Shown one piece after another: positions 1 through 8,408 of a DNA stretch of 19,739 bases (the stretch's first letter is position 1; the number at the start of each line of letters is the position of its first letter). The notes under the pieces were generated by a model, which was not told where the DNA came from, did not search any database, and was given only the letters and a program-made list of their open reading frames with translations. A program made the translations under genes and the position numbers. Origin of the DNA: Candidatus Parcubacteria bacterium (GTDB lineage: Bacteria > Patescibacteriota > Minisyncoccia > Phycocordibacterales > UBA918); the NCBI GenBank assembly GCA_046050355.1, contig JBJOPW010000016.1, positions 1-19,739 of the forward strand. The letters are read 5' to 3'.

Positions 1-74
1 TGATTGAAGAATACATCAAACACCACTTTGAGGGTGAAGCTGGTAAAGATGCGTTCAATGTGCAGGAACCATGA
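1..74 (+). mobile_element. tnpA: 3' end of probable IS200/IS605-family Y1 (HUH) transposase, partial at window edge
   Basis: Frame starting at 3 reads IEEYIKHHFEGEAGKDAFNVQEP* (TGA 72-74). This resembles the C-terminal helix of IS200-type TnpA (I-x-x-Y-I-x-H-H-F-E, carrying the catalytic Tyr) and is followed directly by subterminal hairpins. Confidence 0.7.
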
Positions 75-76
75 GA

Positions 77-124
77 GACTTCAGTCGTGACCCACTCTGT
101 GCACTTCTAGTGCACAGTGGTTGA
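77..124 (+). mobile_element. Putative IS200/IS605 right-end hairpins
   Basis: GACT-TC-AGTC (77-86) and CTGTGCACT-TCT-AGTGCACAG (97-117), extended by CCA/TGG and followed by TTGA. Layout typical of Y1-transposon ends. Confidence 0.6.
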
Positions 125-125
125 A

Positions 126-160
126 AACACAAAATGGCGCTATAGGCGCCATTTTGTGTT
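126..160. terminator. Intrinsic terminator-like hairpin
   Basis: Perfect 15-bp inverted repeat AACACAAAATGGCGC (126-140) / GCGCCATTTTGTGTT (146-160). Confidence 0.75.
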
Positions 161-215
161 GCTCACAGGGATAGAGAATTAAGAACACTAACACTTGTTA
201 CAATAGAACCGTCAT

Positions 216-989
216 ATGGACGTTCCTTCAAAAAGTTGGCATATACTGACCATTACGTTGTACTCAGCAATGGTGACGTTCGTGGCCGTTATATTTTCAT
301 GGCCGGTGCCGCTGGCGTTGTTCTTTCTCTGTGGAGTCCCTCTGGTTGTTTTATTGTACGAAACCGATTTACCGCTCGGACGGCTCTTAGGTATTGTGAG
401 CATATTGTCGGTAATCGTGGTGGTGCTTGATGCCGTTGCACACACGACCGGTAGTTGGTACACCGTCGTTGGTTCGCCCTGGCAACTCCTCGGGGTGACG
501 TTTGAGTCGGTGCTGTTTGCCTTTGTGCATACCCTCTATTTCCTCGTGCTCTATGAGTTTATGTTTGACGATACCAGGGTGCGTGGCATGGCTCGTCGTG
601 GCGTGGCTGGTATGGCAGCCGTGGTGGCTTCGCTCGTGATTGCCGGTTTCTACTTATTTTCTGTTTGGCTCGTTACCTTTGCTTTTGTATGGATAATCGG
701 ACTGCTGTTTGCTCTCGTGCTGGCGCTTATGTGGCTCGCTCATCCCGGCGATTCAACCCGATTGGTTACCAAGGCGTTCTTGTTTGGTGTCATGGTATTC
801 CCGTTGTCGCTCTTATTTGAGCTAGTTGCTCAAGAAGGAGACGTACGGTTGTTTGCTTTTACCAACGAGTACCTGTTTATGGTGCCGCTGATGGGTCATC
901 TGGTGCCCGTTGAGGAACTCCTCCTCCTCGTGCTGTGGCCGACGCTCCTGGTATTTCTTTACGAGTGTTTCGTTGATGATGGCATCTAG
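216..989 (+). CDS. Polytopic membrane protein with two lycopene-cyclase-domain-like repeats
   Basis: 257 aa, very hydrophobic. Two similar halves end in D..A...GSW...LLGVTFES..F...LVLYE and E..A..G.....LMGHLVPVEELL...FLYE; the PxEE motif is characteristic of CrtYc/Yd-type domains. TGTTACAAT extended -10 at 196-204. Confidence 0.6.
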   Translation: MDVPSKSWHILTITLYSAMVTFVAVIFSWPVPLALFFLCGVPLVVLLYETDLPLGRLLGIVSILSVIVVVLDAVAHTTGSWYTVVGSPWQLLGVTFESVLFAFVHTLYFLVLYEFMFDDTRVRGMARRGVAGMAAVVASLVIAGFYLFSVWLVTFAFVWIIGLLFALVLALMWLAHPGDSTRLVTKAFLFGVMVFPLSLLFELVAQEGDVRLFAFTNEYLFMVPLMGHLVPVEELLLLVLWPTLLVFLYECFVDDGI

Positions 990-1116
990 AGTCTGTCCAA
1001 AAATCCCTCAGACTTTGTTGTACTGCATATCAGAAACACTCACCGTATGTCTATATACGGCTCTCATTTCTTCATTTGCACGCCTCGCCTGAGGGCTTTT
1101 TTGATCAGACTCATAG
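986..1116. repeat. Structured MITE/REP-like element, copy A
   Basis: Arms GAGTCTGTCCAAAAATCCCTCAGAC (989-1013) / GCCTGAGGGCTTTTTTGATCAGACTC (1087-1112). Core CTTTGTTGT...CTCACCGTATG-TCTA-TATACGGCTC...GCACGCCTCG is shared with copies B and C. Confidence 0.8.
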
Positions 1117-1130
1117 GGCGTTGTATAAAG

Positions 1131-1139
1131 TGGTATAAT
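1131..1139 (+). promoter_or_regulatory. Extended -10 promoter (TGGTATAAT), probably leaderless
   Basis: Consensus TGnTATAAT ending 7 nt before ATG 1147; no Shine-Dalgarno. Confidence 0.7.
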
Positions 1140-1146
1140 AGTTTTT

Positions 1147-4100
1147 ATGATTAATCTCCACGACGAAGCCTACCAAACCGCTTACCAGCGTCTCAATGCC
1201 AAGCAAAAAGAAGCCGTTGATACTATCGAAGGGCCGGTGATGGTGATTGCTGGTCCGGGGACGGGGAAGACCCAGATACTGACACTCCGGATTGCGAATA
1301 TCCTTCGTCAGACCCAGATGAACCCCGAGAATATTCTCGCACTCACCTTTACGAAGTCGGGAGCCAAGGCGATGCGTGAACGACTCTTTCAGTTTATTGG
1401 CAATGCTGCCTATCGTGTCAGTATAAATACCTTTCACGGTCTTGCCGAACGACTCATTCGAGAATATCCCGAAGCTTACACCAAGATTATTGGTGGCAAA
1501 GCGATCACCGCCATTGAGAAGATAGAAATCATCGAAACGATACTCAAAGCTCCGGAACTACGACTCTTACGCCCTACCGGAGCACCGGAGTTTTATGTGT
1601 CTCCACTACTCCAGATCATCAGTACCATGAAGCAGGAAAATGTGTCACCAGACGATTTGGCGACGCTGATTACTACCCAGCAACACGACCTTGAAGCCAT
1701 TCCTCGTTACCACGAAAAAGGCGCCCACAAAGGCAAAGAACGAAGTGAATATACCAAAGCGGCGGCGAGTATAGAAAAGCAGCGGGCGCTACTCGTCGTC
1801 TATCGGCAGTACGAAGCGCTCTTACGTGAACGGCAACGCTACGACTTTGATGATATGATCGTTGAGACCGTGCGGGTCCTCAAGGAAAATGAGTCGGTTC
1901 GGCTTGATCTCCAAGAGACGTACCAGTATATCTTGGCAGACGAACACCAAGACGTGAACGGTGCCCAAAACGAGATACTCGTGCAACTCACATCGTACCA
2001 CTCGAATCCCAATCTCTTTGTGGTGGGGGATGAGAAGCAGGCTATTTATCGCTTCCAAGGAGCGTCACTGGAGAACTTACTCCACTTTGAAAAACTCTAT
2101 CCCGAGACAAAGGTGATTGTCTTAACTGCCAACTACCGTTCGACCCAACCAATTCTTGATGTCAGTCATGAACTGATTAAGGTTACTGACGGACCGCTCC
2201 TGGACTACCGTATTGCGTTGACTGCTCATGCTACATCTGACACCGCACTCACACTGACAGCCTTTAGCAACGAGCAACACGAACATGTAGCCCTCATTGA
2301 ACAAATCAAAAAGTCACTTGAGGCTGGTATTGCGCCAAACGAAATTGCTGTCATCGTACGTTCGAACCGCGAGGTGGAAACTATTGCAGAGTTGCTCATA
2401 GGAGCCGGTATTACGGTTGAAGCCAGTGCTGATGCTGATGTGCTCGAACACCCACTTTTTTTGTCGGTGGTTGGTCTGCTTGAAGCGGTTCTAAATCCTG
2501 GTGATATGGCCAGGCTCACACAGGTCCTTATGGCCCCGTATTCTGGGGTAGGGGCGGCCGATATGGCTCGGATTATGGCTCATCTCTCGTACGATACCCC
2601 GCTCGCGGCACGTCTTAAGGACAGGGAGTGGCTTATGAGTATTGGTGTGGAGGATGTCAATGCTTGTACACGCCTCGTGACGCTCCTTGAGACGATACGG
2701 AGCAAGGCGCTCACTACCTCACCACACCGTCTCCTCGCTACCTTATTGACCGAAAGCGGGCTCTTGAGAGACGCTGTTGGTACTCTACCACAAGAGAGTA
2801 CGCGAGTTTTGCGTCGTCTCTACGATGAGGTAGAAGGGTTTGTCCGTAACGGTGAGGCGTTGACTCTCGCGGACGTTGTGCGACTTTTACGTCGACGGAT
2901 GGAATATCGGGTACCACTTACCGCCCCGTTTGTATCGGTAGGAAATGAAGCGGTTCAGGTGATGACCGCACACAAGTCAAAAGGGCTTGAGTTCGATACT
3001 GTTTGTATTCCACATTTGACCGAGGGGAGCTGGGGTAAGGGCAATCGAGTAGAATATTTTAAAGTACCCCTGCTAACCACCGCGAGTTTGAAGCTTGAAG
3101 CGAACGAAGATGAACGACGCCTGCTCTACGTTGCGATGACGAGAGCGAAACGAGCCTTGTTATTATCATACGCTGATCTAAGTAGTGATGGTAAAGTGCT
3201 TGTGCCAACACAATTTGTAAACACATTAGGCGGCGCTCTTCCTGTTTCGATTGCTGCCACTAGTATCACTCATGAATCATTGCCGTTGCCAAAAATTGAG
3301 TCACCAGCTATTACTACTATAAAAAGTATTCTCTTACGCACACTCACCGACCGAGGTCTCTCCGCCACCTCACTTAATAATTGTATTAAAAATCCATGGA
3401 CGTACTTATACCGTAATGTCTTTCATGTACCCGAGGTGCAGGCGCTCCCGATGCTCTATGGTACGGCTATGCACGGTGTGCTGGAGATGGCTACTACATA
3501 CCAGACGGCTCACGGAGCGCTCCCAACGCTTAGTCAACTACGCGATGTTCTTGTGCGCGAGCTCGGTCGGTTACCTTTGAGTACAGTTGAGTTCAGTGAC
3601 TTACTAGAAAAGGGCCAAGAGACTCTCGTTGTGTATCTGGAACATCTCACCACCACATTATCACCGGCTTCTAAAGCGGAATTACCAGTCAGAGTGCTCT
3701 TGCCGACACAGCACCCGCTCCTACCACTCCTGCCACTGACGGGTAAGCTTGACCGTATTGATCTTAATCCTGATGGTACAGCCCTCCGGGTAGTTGACTA
3801 CAAAACCGGTAAAGCCAAGTCGCGCAACGAAATAGAAGGTAAAACCGCTAAAGCCGATGCCTCGTATCGGCGTCAATTATCATGTTACTCGCTACTGCTG
3901 TCACTGTATGATGATGAACGATACCGAACAGATACGGGAGTACTTTCATTTATTGAGCCAGATAGTAAGGGTCGTATCCATGAAGAAGTGTATGTGAGTG
4001 GGGAAGACGAGCGGCGAGCGTTGGTGGCCGAAATTGAGACTGTAATCGATACAATCATTACTGGTGAGTTTCTCTATGATGAATCATTACTCGAGGCCAG

Positions 4101-4149
4101 TGATTATGCGTATTTGGGTAAATTGCTGTTTAGACAGTTACATGGATAA
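1147..4149 (+). CDS. UvrD/PcrA-family SF1 DNA helicase with C-terminal PD-(D/E)XK (RecB/AddA/AdnA-like) nuclease
   Basis: Helicase motifs AGPGTGKT, LTFT, LADEHQD, VVGDEKQAIYRFQGA, NYRS, MTAHKSKGLEFD, ERRLLYVAMTRAK. Nuclease motifs LSATSLN, YGTAMH, GKLDRID, VVDYKTG, QLSCY. Confidence 0.95.
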   Translation: MINLHDEAYQTAYQRLNAKQKEAVDTIEGPVMVIAGPGTGKTQILTLRIANILRQTQMNPENILALTFTKSGAKAMRERLFQFIGNAAYRVSINTFHGLAERLIREYPEAYTKIIGGKAITAIEKIEIIETILKAPELRLLRPTGAPEFYVSPLLQIISTMKQENVSPDDLATLITTQQHDLEAIPRYHEKGAHKGKERSEYTKAAASIEKQRALLVVYRQYEALLRERQRYDFDDMIVETVRVLKENESVRLDLQETYQYILADEHQDVNGAQNEILVQLTSYHSNPNLFVVGDEKQAIYRFQGASLENLLHFEKLYPETKVIVLTANYRSTQPILDVSHELIKVTDGPLLDYRIALTAHATSDTALTLTAFSNEQHEHVALIEQIKKSLEAGIAPNEIAVIVRSNREVETIAELLIGAGITVEASADADVLEHPLFLSVVGLLEAVLNPGDMARLTQVLMAPYSGVGAADMARIMAHLSYDTPLAARLKDREWLMSIGVEDVNACTRLVTLLETIRSKALTTSPHRLLATLLTESGLLRDAVGTLPQESTRVLRRLYDEVEGFVRNGEALTLADVVRLLRRRMEYRVPLTAPFVSVGNEAVQVMTAHKSKGLEFDTVCIPHLTEGSWGKGNRVEYFKVPLLTTASLKLEANEDERRLLYVAMTRAKRALLLSYADLSSDGKVLVPTQFVNTLGGALPVSIAATSITHESLPLPKIESPAITTIKSILLRTLTDRGLSATSLNNCIKNPWTYLYRNVFHVPEVQALPMLYGTAMHGVLEMATTYQTAHGALPTLSQLRDVLVRELGRLPLSTVEFSDLLEKGQETLVVYLEHLTTTLSPASKAELPVRVLLPTQHPLLPLLPLTGKLDRIDLNPDGTALRVVDYKTGKAKSRNEIEGKTAKADASYRRQLSCYSLLLSLYDDERYRTDTGVLSFIEPDSKGRIHEEVYVSGEDERRALVAEIETVIDTIITGEFLYDESLLEASDYAYLGKLLFRQLHG

Positions 4150-4191
4150 TGATCACAAAAGCACCCCAAAGGGTGCTTTTGTGATCATTAT
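4146..4191. terminator. Bidirectional intrinsic terminator between convergent genes
   Basis: Perfect 21-bp stem ATAATGATCACAAAAGCACCC / GGGTGCTTTTGTGATCATTAT with a CAAA loop. Confidence 0.9.
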
Positions 4192-4203
4192 GATTGTGTC
4201 TTC

Positions 4204-4971
4204 TTATGATCCTGTTTCAGTTTTAGTATTACCACCTTCAAGCTGAGCAATCAGACGTTCAATGATTTGTTTGACCACGGGATATGGCTGAGCGCCATTA
4301 ATGACCGCTTTTTGGTCTCCGACAGTGACAATTGAATAGGGTGTACCCTGAGCCCCTGCTTTCACACCATCTTTGAGACTGTCTTCTACAGCCGTGGTGT
4401 GACGACCACTAGACAAACAGGTGTTAAATTCAGTTCGGGAGACACCGGCTTTTTCTGCAAACTCTGGCAATTTGCTCATGTTGGTTGGTTCATTCACTTC
4501 TCGCTCTCCAAAGACAAGATCAGAGAATGTCCAGAAGGCTTCGTCGCCACCGAGCTCTCCTACGCAGTAAGCCGCTTCAGAAATACGAGGAGCATTTGGG
4601 TGGAGTTGTGCCAATGGGAATTGGCGGTATACCCAAGCCACTTTACCAGTCACGCCATAATCTTCCATGATGAGTTTCATCGTATCGTGGAAGTTTTTAC
4701 AAAATGGGCAGTCATAATCTGAATACTCAACAATCACAATCGGTGCGTTTGGATTACCACGAATGAAATCTTTTTCGGTGACGGGTGAGAGCTCAATAGC
4801 TTTTTCTTCCTCAGGAGTAGCGGTAGGTGTCGTAGCCGGAGCAATTTTGCTACCACTAAAATAAATAGCTATGGCAATAAACGCAAAACCAACAACAATA
4901 GCAAATGGGATCCCCATATTTGATGCGGGCTTCTGCATCGGGACTTGATTCTGATTTGTCTCTTCAGGCAT
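4204..4971 (-). CDS. DsbA-family thiol-disulfide oxidoreductase, membrane anchored
   Basis: N-terminal TM segment, then RGNPNAPIVIVEYSDYDCPFC (CxxC), YRQFPL..LHPNA and the GTP cis-Pro loop. ATG 4971 preferred over TTG 4977. Confidence 0.92.
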   Translation of the reverse strand: MPEETNQNQVPMQKPASNMGIPFAIVVGFAFIAIAIYFSGSKIAPATTPTATPEEEKAIELSPVTEKDFIRGNPNAPIVIVEYSDYDCPFCKNFHDTMKLIMEDYGVTGKVAWVYRQFPLAQLHPNAPRISEAAYCVGELGGDEAFWTFSDLVFGEREVNEPTNMSKLPEFAEKAGVSRTEFNTCLSSGRHTTAVEDSLKDGVKAGAQGTPYSIVTVGDQKAVINGAQPYPVVKQIIERLIAQLEGGNTKTETGS

Positions 4972-4999
4972 ACACAAAACTAATTACGAATATGGCAGT

Positions 5000-5041
5000 A
5001 GTATATCACGGCCGTAGACAAAGTTAATGCCGTGGTATACT
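5000..5041. promoter_or_regulatory. Divergent extended -10 promoters for dsbA-like and uppP
   Basis: TGATATACT on the minus strand (5008-5000) and TGGTATACT on the plus strand (5033-5041). Confidence 0.6.
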
Positions 5042-5057
5042 CAGAGGTACACAACCT

Positions 5058-5867
5058 ATGACATTAATTGAATCTATAGTCCTTGGACTGTTGCAGGGAA
5101 TTACTGAGTTTTTACCGATTTCGTCTTCTGGACACCTAGTGCTGGCACATGATTTTCTTGGTGTCATTGGCGAAGGATCATTAGCATTTGATGCCGTGCT
5201 TCATTTAGCAACCGCTACGGCCGTCCTTATCTATTTTAAAAAAGACTTCTGGATACTCTTTCAAGCATTGTTACGAAAGTTGGGTAAATTGCCGGTAGAA
5301 AATCGAGACGTTACTTTGGCATACGCGCTTCTTATTGGTACCATTCCAGCAGTAATTGTTGGTGTTTTATTGGAAGACATTATGGCGACGCTATTCCGGA
5401 ACCCCCTCCTCGTGGCTGGATCATTAATTGCTGGGTCACTATTGTTTATTTATGCTGAATGGCGCTATTACAACAACGTGCCACAAAATGATATGTCACT
5501 AAGTAAGGCTGTGAAGATCGGTCTCTTCCAATGTTTGGCGTTTGTACCGGGTTTTTCTCGCTCTGGGGCCACTATTGCCGGTGGTATGCTCATGGGTCTG
5601 TCCCGGAGTGAAGCCGCTCGTTTTGGGTTCCTTTTGGCGGTGCCACTCCTGATGGGGGCAGGTGGCAAGAAGCTCCTTGAGCTGATTGCGGTCGGTGGCG
5701 ACTTTGCTTGGGGAGTCATTTTTCTCGGTGCTATTACTGCTTTTGTGGTCGGACTGGCGGCCATTCACTTTATGCTGTCCTTTGTGCGGAAGTATTCGTT
5801 GTGGCCGTTTGTGTGGTATCGGCTGTTTTTGGCCCTTCTTGTCATATACATCTTCGCCCTCAGCTAA
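5058..5867 (+). CDS. uppP: Undecaprenyl-diphosphate phosphatase (BacA)
   Basis: Signature motifs QGITEFLPISSSGHL and QCLAFVPGFSRSGATI; 269 aa polytopic membrane protein. Confidence 0.97.
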   Translation: MTLIESIVLGLLQGITEFLPISSSGHLVLAHDFLGVIGEGSLAFDAVLHLATATAVLIYFKKDFWILFQALLRKLGKLPVENRDVTLAYALLIGTIPAVIVGVLLEDIMATLFRNPLLVAGSLIAGSLLFIYAEWRYYNNVPQNDMSLSKAVKIGLFQCLAFVPGFSRSGATIAGGMLMGLSRSEAARFGFLLAVPLLMGAGGKKLLELIAVGGDFAWGVIFLGAITAFVVGLAAIHFMLSFVRKYSLWPFVWYRLFLALLVIYIFALS

Positions 5868-5989
5868 GATCGGTGAAAATACCTCATTAGCTTTGTTGTG
5901 CTTCACAAAACAACATTCAACGTACAACAAGTACGCCTCATATTGTTTTGCTCGCACGCCTCGCTTCTGAGGCATTTTGACCAATCTTA
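5865..5989. repeat. Structured MITE/REP-like element, copy B
   Basis: Arms TAAGATCGGTGAAAATACCTCATTAGC (5865-5891) / GCTTCTGAGGCATTTTGACCAATCTTA (5963-5989). Core CTTTGTTGTGC...TTCAACGTAC-AACAA-GTACGCCTC...GCACGCCTCG. Confidence 0.8.
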
Positions 5990-6019
5990 TTAGGTGGCTA
6001 AAATTATCAACGTACTTTG

Positions 6020-6065
6020 ATCTATTAACAAAACCGCGCACGGTTTCGTGGCGGTTCAAATAGAT
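6020..6065 (-). terminator. Intrinsic terminator for minus-strand transcript
   Basis: Minus strand AACCGC-CACG-AAAC-CGTG-C-GCGGTT followed by TTGTT, enclosed by ATCTATT/AATAGAT. Confidence 0.6.
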
Positions 6066-6164
6066 GGTCGACGGCATTGCGGGATCAATCACAATGTCTT
6101 TTGATGTATGATCTACACATCGACCGGTAGTTCAATATATTGATATGTACTTAGTTACAAAGTC

Positions 6165-6407
6165 CTAGGTTGTAGGCATGCACTCGATGTCGTAGACGTT
6201 TTTCAGTCCATGGTGCACTGAACCACCTATGCAGGTGAGTAGAGTGCCAGGAGCAACATCGTCACGAATCCAGTACAGGTACAATCCGCCATCAGGCATC
6301 CTGCCCTCCAACAGAAACCACTTCCATTTAGGATTACTCGGTTCGATGGAGCCTAGCACAATCAAGGTTGTAGGGCTGTGCCGCTCGTGTAGTGCTGGAG
6401 CAATCAT
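6165..6407 (-). CDS. Hypothetical 80-aa protein (orphan)
   Basis: Perfect AAGGAGGT Shine-Dalgarno (6420-6413) 5 nt before ATG 6407; open to TAG 6165; downstream terminator. The longer 117-aa call overlaps the upstream gene and is less likely. Confidence 0.65.
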   Translation of the reverse strand: MIAPALHERHSPTTLIVLGSIEPSNPKWKWFLLEGRMPDGGLYLYWIRDDVAPGTLLTCIGGSVHHGLKNVYDIECMPTT

Positions 6408-6469
6408 CTGACACCTCCTTGTCATGGGGCAACATCGCCCGTCAGATTTATATATTAAAACATTCTTTT

Positions 6470-7045
6470 TTAAAAAAGTAAAGAGTGGGTCATGGCGGCA
6501 TCTTCTTTGATCATCCAAGTGGAGATATCAAGGGGGATTTCGCGCTTGCGACTGCCGTCTTTGAACTTTACATGGCCATGGGCCATGGCGTAGTCAAACA
6601 CCTTTTTAGTGACACGCACGTCTTGTTCGCAGTACTTTTTGATTTCATCAATTTTGCCTTCTTTCCACCAGCGGACGGCTTGGAGTCCGTGGGCGGATTT
6701 TTTGGCACCGACCGTGGCTTCGGCGACACTATCGAGCCGCAGCCGGCGGCCAAGTGACTGACGAATACTCTCAAGGAGGTCGATACTCTTGATGTGAGAC
6801 AGGTCACCAGGGTAGTACTTATTGAGGAGGGGAATATCGAAGTGGTTACTGTTGTAGCCGACCAGCGCATCAGCCTGCTCAATAATTGGCCAGGCTTTCG
6901 CAAGCTCATCTACGGTGACGGTGAGGTACGTATCAGTACCGCTATCATAAAAGGTCGCCACCGAGATATCGAGCGCGGCTGGGTCACTTGAACCCACTTC
7001 CTCAAAGATATTTTGCGTCTCCAGGTCAAAAATTACGTACCGCAT
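6470..7045 (-). CDS. RNase H-like / DEDD-type 3'-5' exonuclease (YprB/RNase_H_2-like)
   Basis: Exo I VIFDLET, Exo II VGYNSNHFDIPLL, Exo III YCEQDV. Start MRYVIFD at ATG 7045 with TGCTATACT 12 nt upstream. Confidence 0.88.
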   Translation of the reverse strand: MRYVIFDLETQNIFEEVGSSDPAALDISVATFYDSGTDTYLTVTVDELAKAWPIIEQADALVGYNSNHFDIPLLNKYYPGDLSHIKSIDLLESIRQSLGRRLRLDSVAEATVGAKKSAHGLQAVRWWKEGKIDEIKKYCEQDVRVTKKVFDYAMAHGHVKFKDGSRKREIPLDISTWMIKEDAAMTHSLLF

Positions 7046-7068
7046 AGATAGAGCGACAGTATAGCACA

Positions 7069-7097
7069 AACGGACGACCGAGTGAGGATCGTCCGTT
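7069..7097 (-). terminator. Hairpin after hisS, probable terminator
   Basis: AACGGACGA (7069-7077) / TCGTCCGTT (7089-7097); short T tract on the minus strand. Confidence 0.55.
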
Positions 7098-7102
7098 ACG
7101 TA

Positions 7103-8371
7103 TTATTCAGCATCGGTGATGTGGTTGACGAGTTCATCAAGGGTGCCTTTGATCTCAGTCTCTTCGATGAGATTCTTGAGGGTATAGGTACCTGAGGTAA
7201 GTTCGTCTTCGCCGACGACAATGATGTATTCAACGAGGCGTTCGGCGGCGTCACTAATCTTTTTGCCAAGCTTACGGGTACCAATATCGGTCGCAACAGA
7301 AATTTCTTTTTGGCGAATGGCCATGGCGATTTTTTGCGCGGCAAGATTGTGACTCGCTTCCATCGGTATGATCATTACGGTTGGAGCGGTAATACTTGCG
7401 GTCATAAGGTCGTGGGTCTCGAGGAAGTCGCGCATGGTGACGTCACCCATACCAAAGCCAATGCCAGAGATTGGGTCGGCACTAAACATACCGGTGAGGT
7501 TGTCGTAGCGACCACCACCGAGCATCGAGCGGTTGTTCTCGCCAGAGACATCAAATATCTCAAAGATAGTCCCGGTGTAGTAGTTAAAACCACGAGCGAT
7601 AGAGCGATCGATTTTGACATTCTCGATACCAAGTTCACGAAGTCCATCAACTACTCGGTTGGTGTCATTGGTATCGCCACCAGAGACGAGGGTATACACA
7701 GATTCGACAATAGTCTCGTCACTAACAATCTCTTTGAGTGCCGATTTGTATTCATCGGCAGAGATCTTATGAAAACGATCATTGAGTCTCGTGATAGCAT
7801 CTTGCTTTTCAATATCCTCTATTCCGTATGCGCTATATTTTTGGCGCATTTCGGCACGGTCATTGATACGAATTTCAAATAGGTTCGCTTCGGCGCCAAA
7901 ATTTACGATGAGTTGGTACGCGAGCGCTATAATCTCGACATCCGCGGTGTAATCATCCGCACCAAAGATATCGCAGTTAAGCTGCCAGTGTTCGCGCAGG
8001 CGACCTCGTTGTGGGCGTTCGTAGCGGAAGAGGTTTGGAATACTGTACCAACGGACCGGGAGCGAGAGCTCACGACGACGACCGGCGACCATGCGGGCGA
8101 CGGTTGGGGTCATCTCAGGACGAAGGGTGACTTCACGGTCACCACGATCGATGAAGGTGTAGGTCTGTTCGTTGACCATTTCTTCGTTCTCGGCCCCTTT
8201 GCTCTTGTAGAGGATGGCGGGTTCAAGGACCGAGGCGTCGTAGCGCTCAAAGCCAAAGCTTTCGGCGGTAGCGGCCCAAACATCAAAAATATAGCGCTGT
8301 ACCGCCATATCTTCTGGATAAAAGTCACGGACGCCTTTGTAAGGGTCGGTCGATAGATAATTGTCTGCCAT
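7103..8371 (-). CDS. hisS: Histidine--tRNA ligase
   Basis: KGVRDFYP, TLRPEMTPTVAR, FRYERPQRGRLREHWQ, RGFNYYTG, GGGRYDNL, GIGFGMG, and a C-terminal anticodon domain (IIVVGEDE). ATG 8371 preferred. Confidence 0.97.
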   Translation of the reverse strand: MADNYLSTDPYKGVRDFYPEDMAVQRYIFDVWAATAESFGFERYDASVLEPAILYKSKGAENEEMVNEQTYTFIDRGDREVTLRPEMTPTVARMVAGRRRELSLPVRWYSIPNLFRYERPQRGRLREHWQLNCDIFGADDYTADVEIIALAYQLIVNFGAEANLFEIRINDRAEMRQKYSAYGIEDIEKQDAITRLNDRFHKISADEYKSALKEIVSDETIVESVYTLVSGGDTNDTNRVVDGLRELGIENVKIDRSIARGFNYYTGTIFEIFDVSGENNRSMLGGGRYDNLTGMFSADPISGIGFGMGDVTMRDFLETHDLMTASITAPTVMIIPMEASHNLAAQKIAMAIRQKEISVATDIGTRKLGKKISDAAERLVEYIIVVGEDELTSGTYTLKNLIEETEIKGTLDELVNHITDAE

Positions 8372-8378
8372 GCGCTTG

Positions 8379-8407
8379 ATTCTAGGGGAAAATTGTGGTG
8401 CTGGCAA
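8379..8407 (-). promoter_or_regulatory. Sigma70-type promoter of hisS (TTGCCA-17-TAGAAT), probably leaderless
   Basis: -35 TTGCCA at 8407-8402, 17-nt spacer, -10 TAGAAT at 8384-8379, then 7 nt to ATG. Confidence 0.65.
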
Positions 8408-8408
8408 G

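Noticed and set aside
3340-4149. Cas4 or defence-system nuclease
   Set aside because: Fused to a UvrD helicase in housekeeping context, lacks the four Cas4 cysteines, and has no cas or defence neighbours.
5865-6164. Retron msr-msd, riboswitch, SRP or tRNA in the long intergenic region
   Set aside because: No reverse transcriptase nearby and no recognisable tRNA, SRP or riboswitch consensus; most of it is explained by element B plus a terminator.
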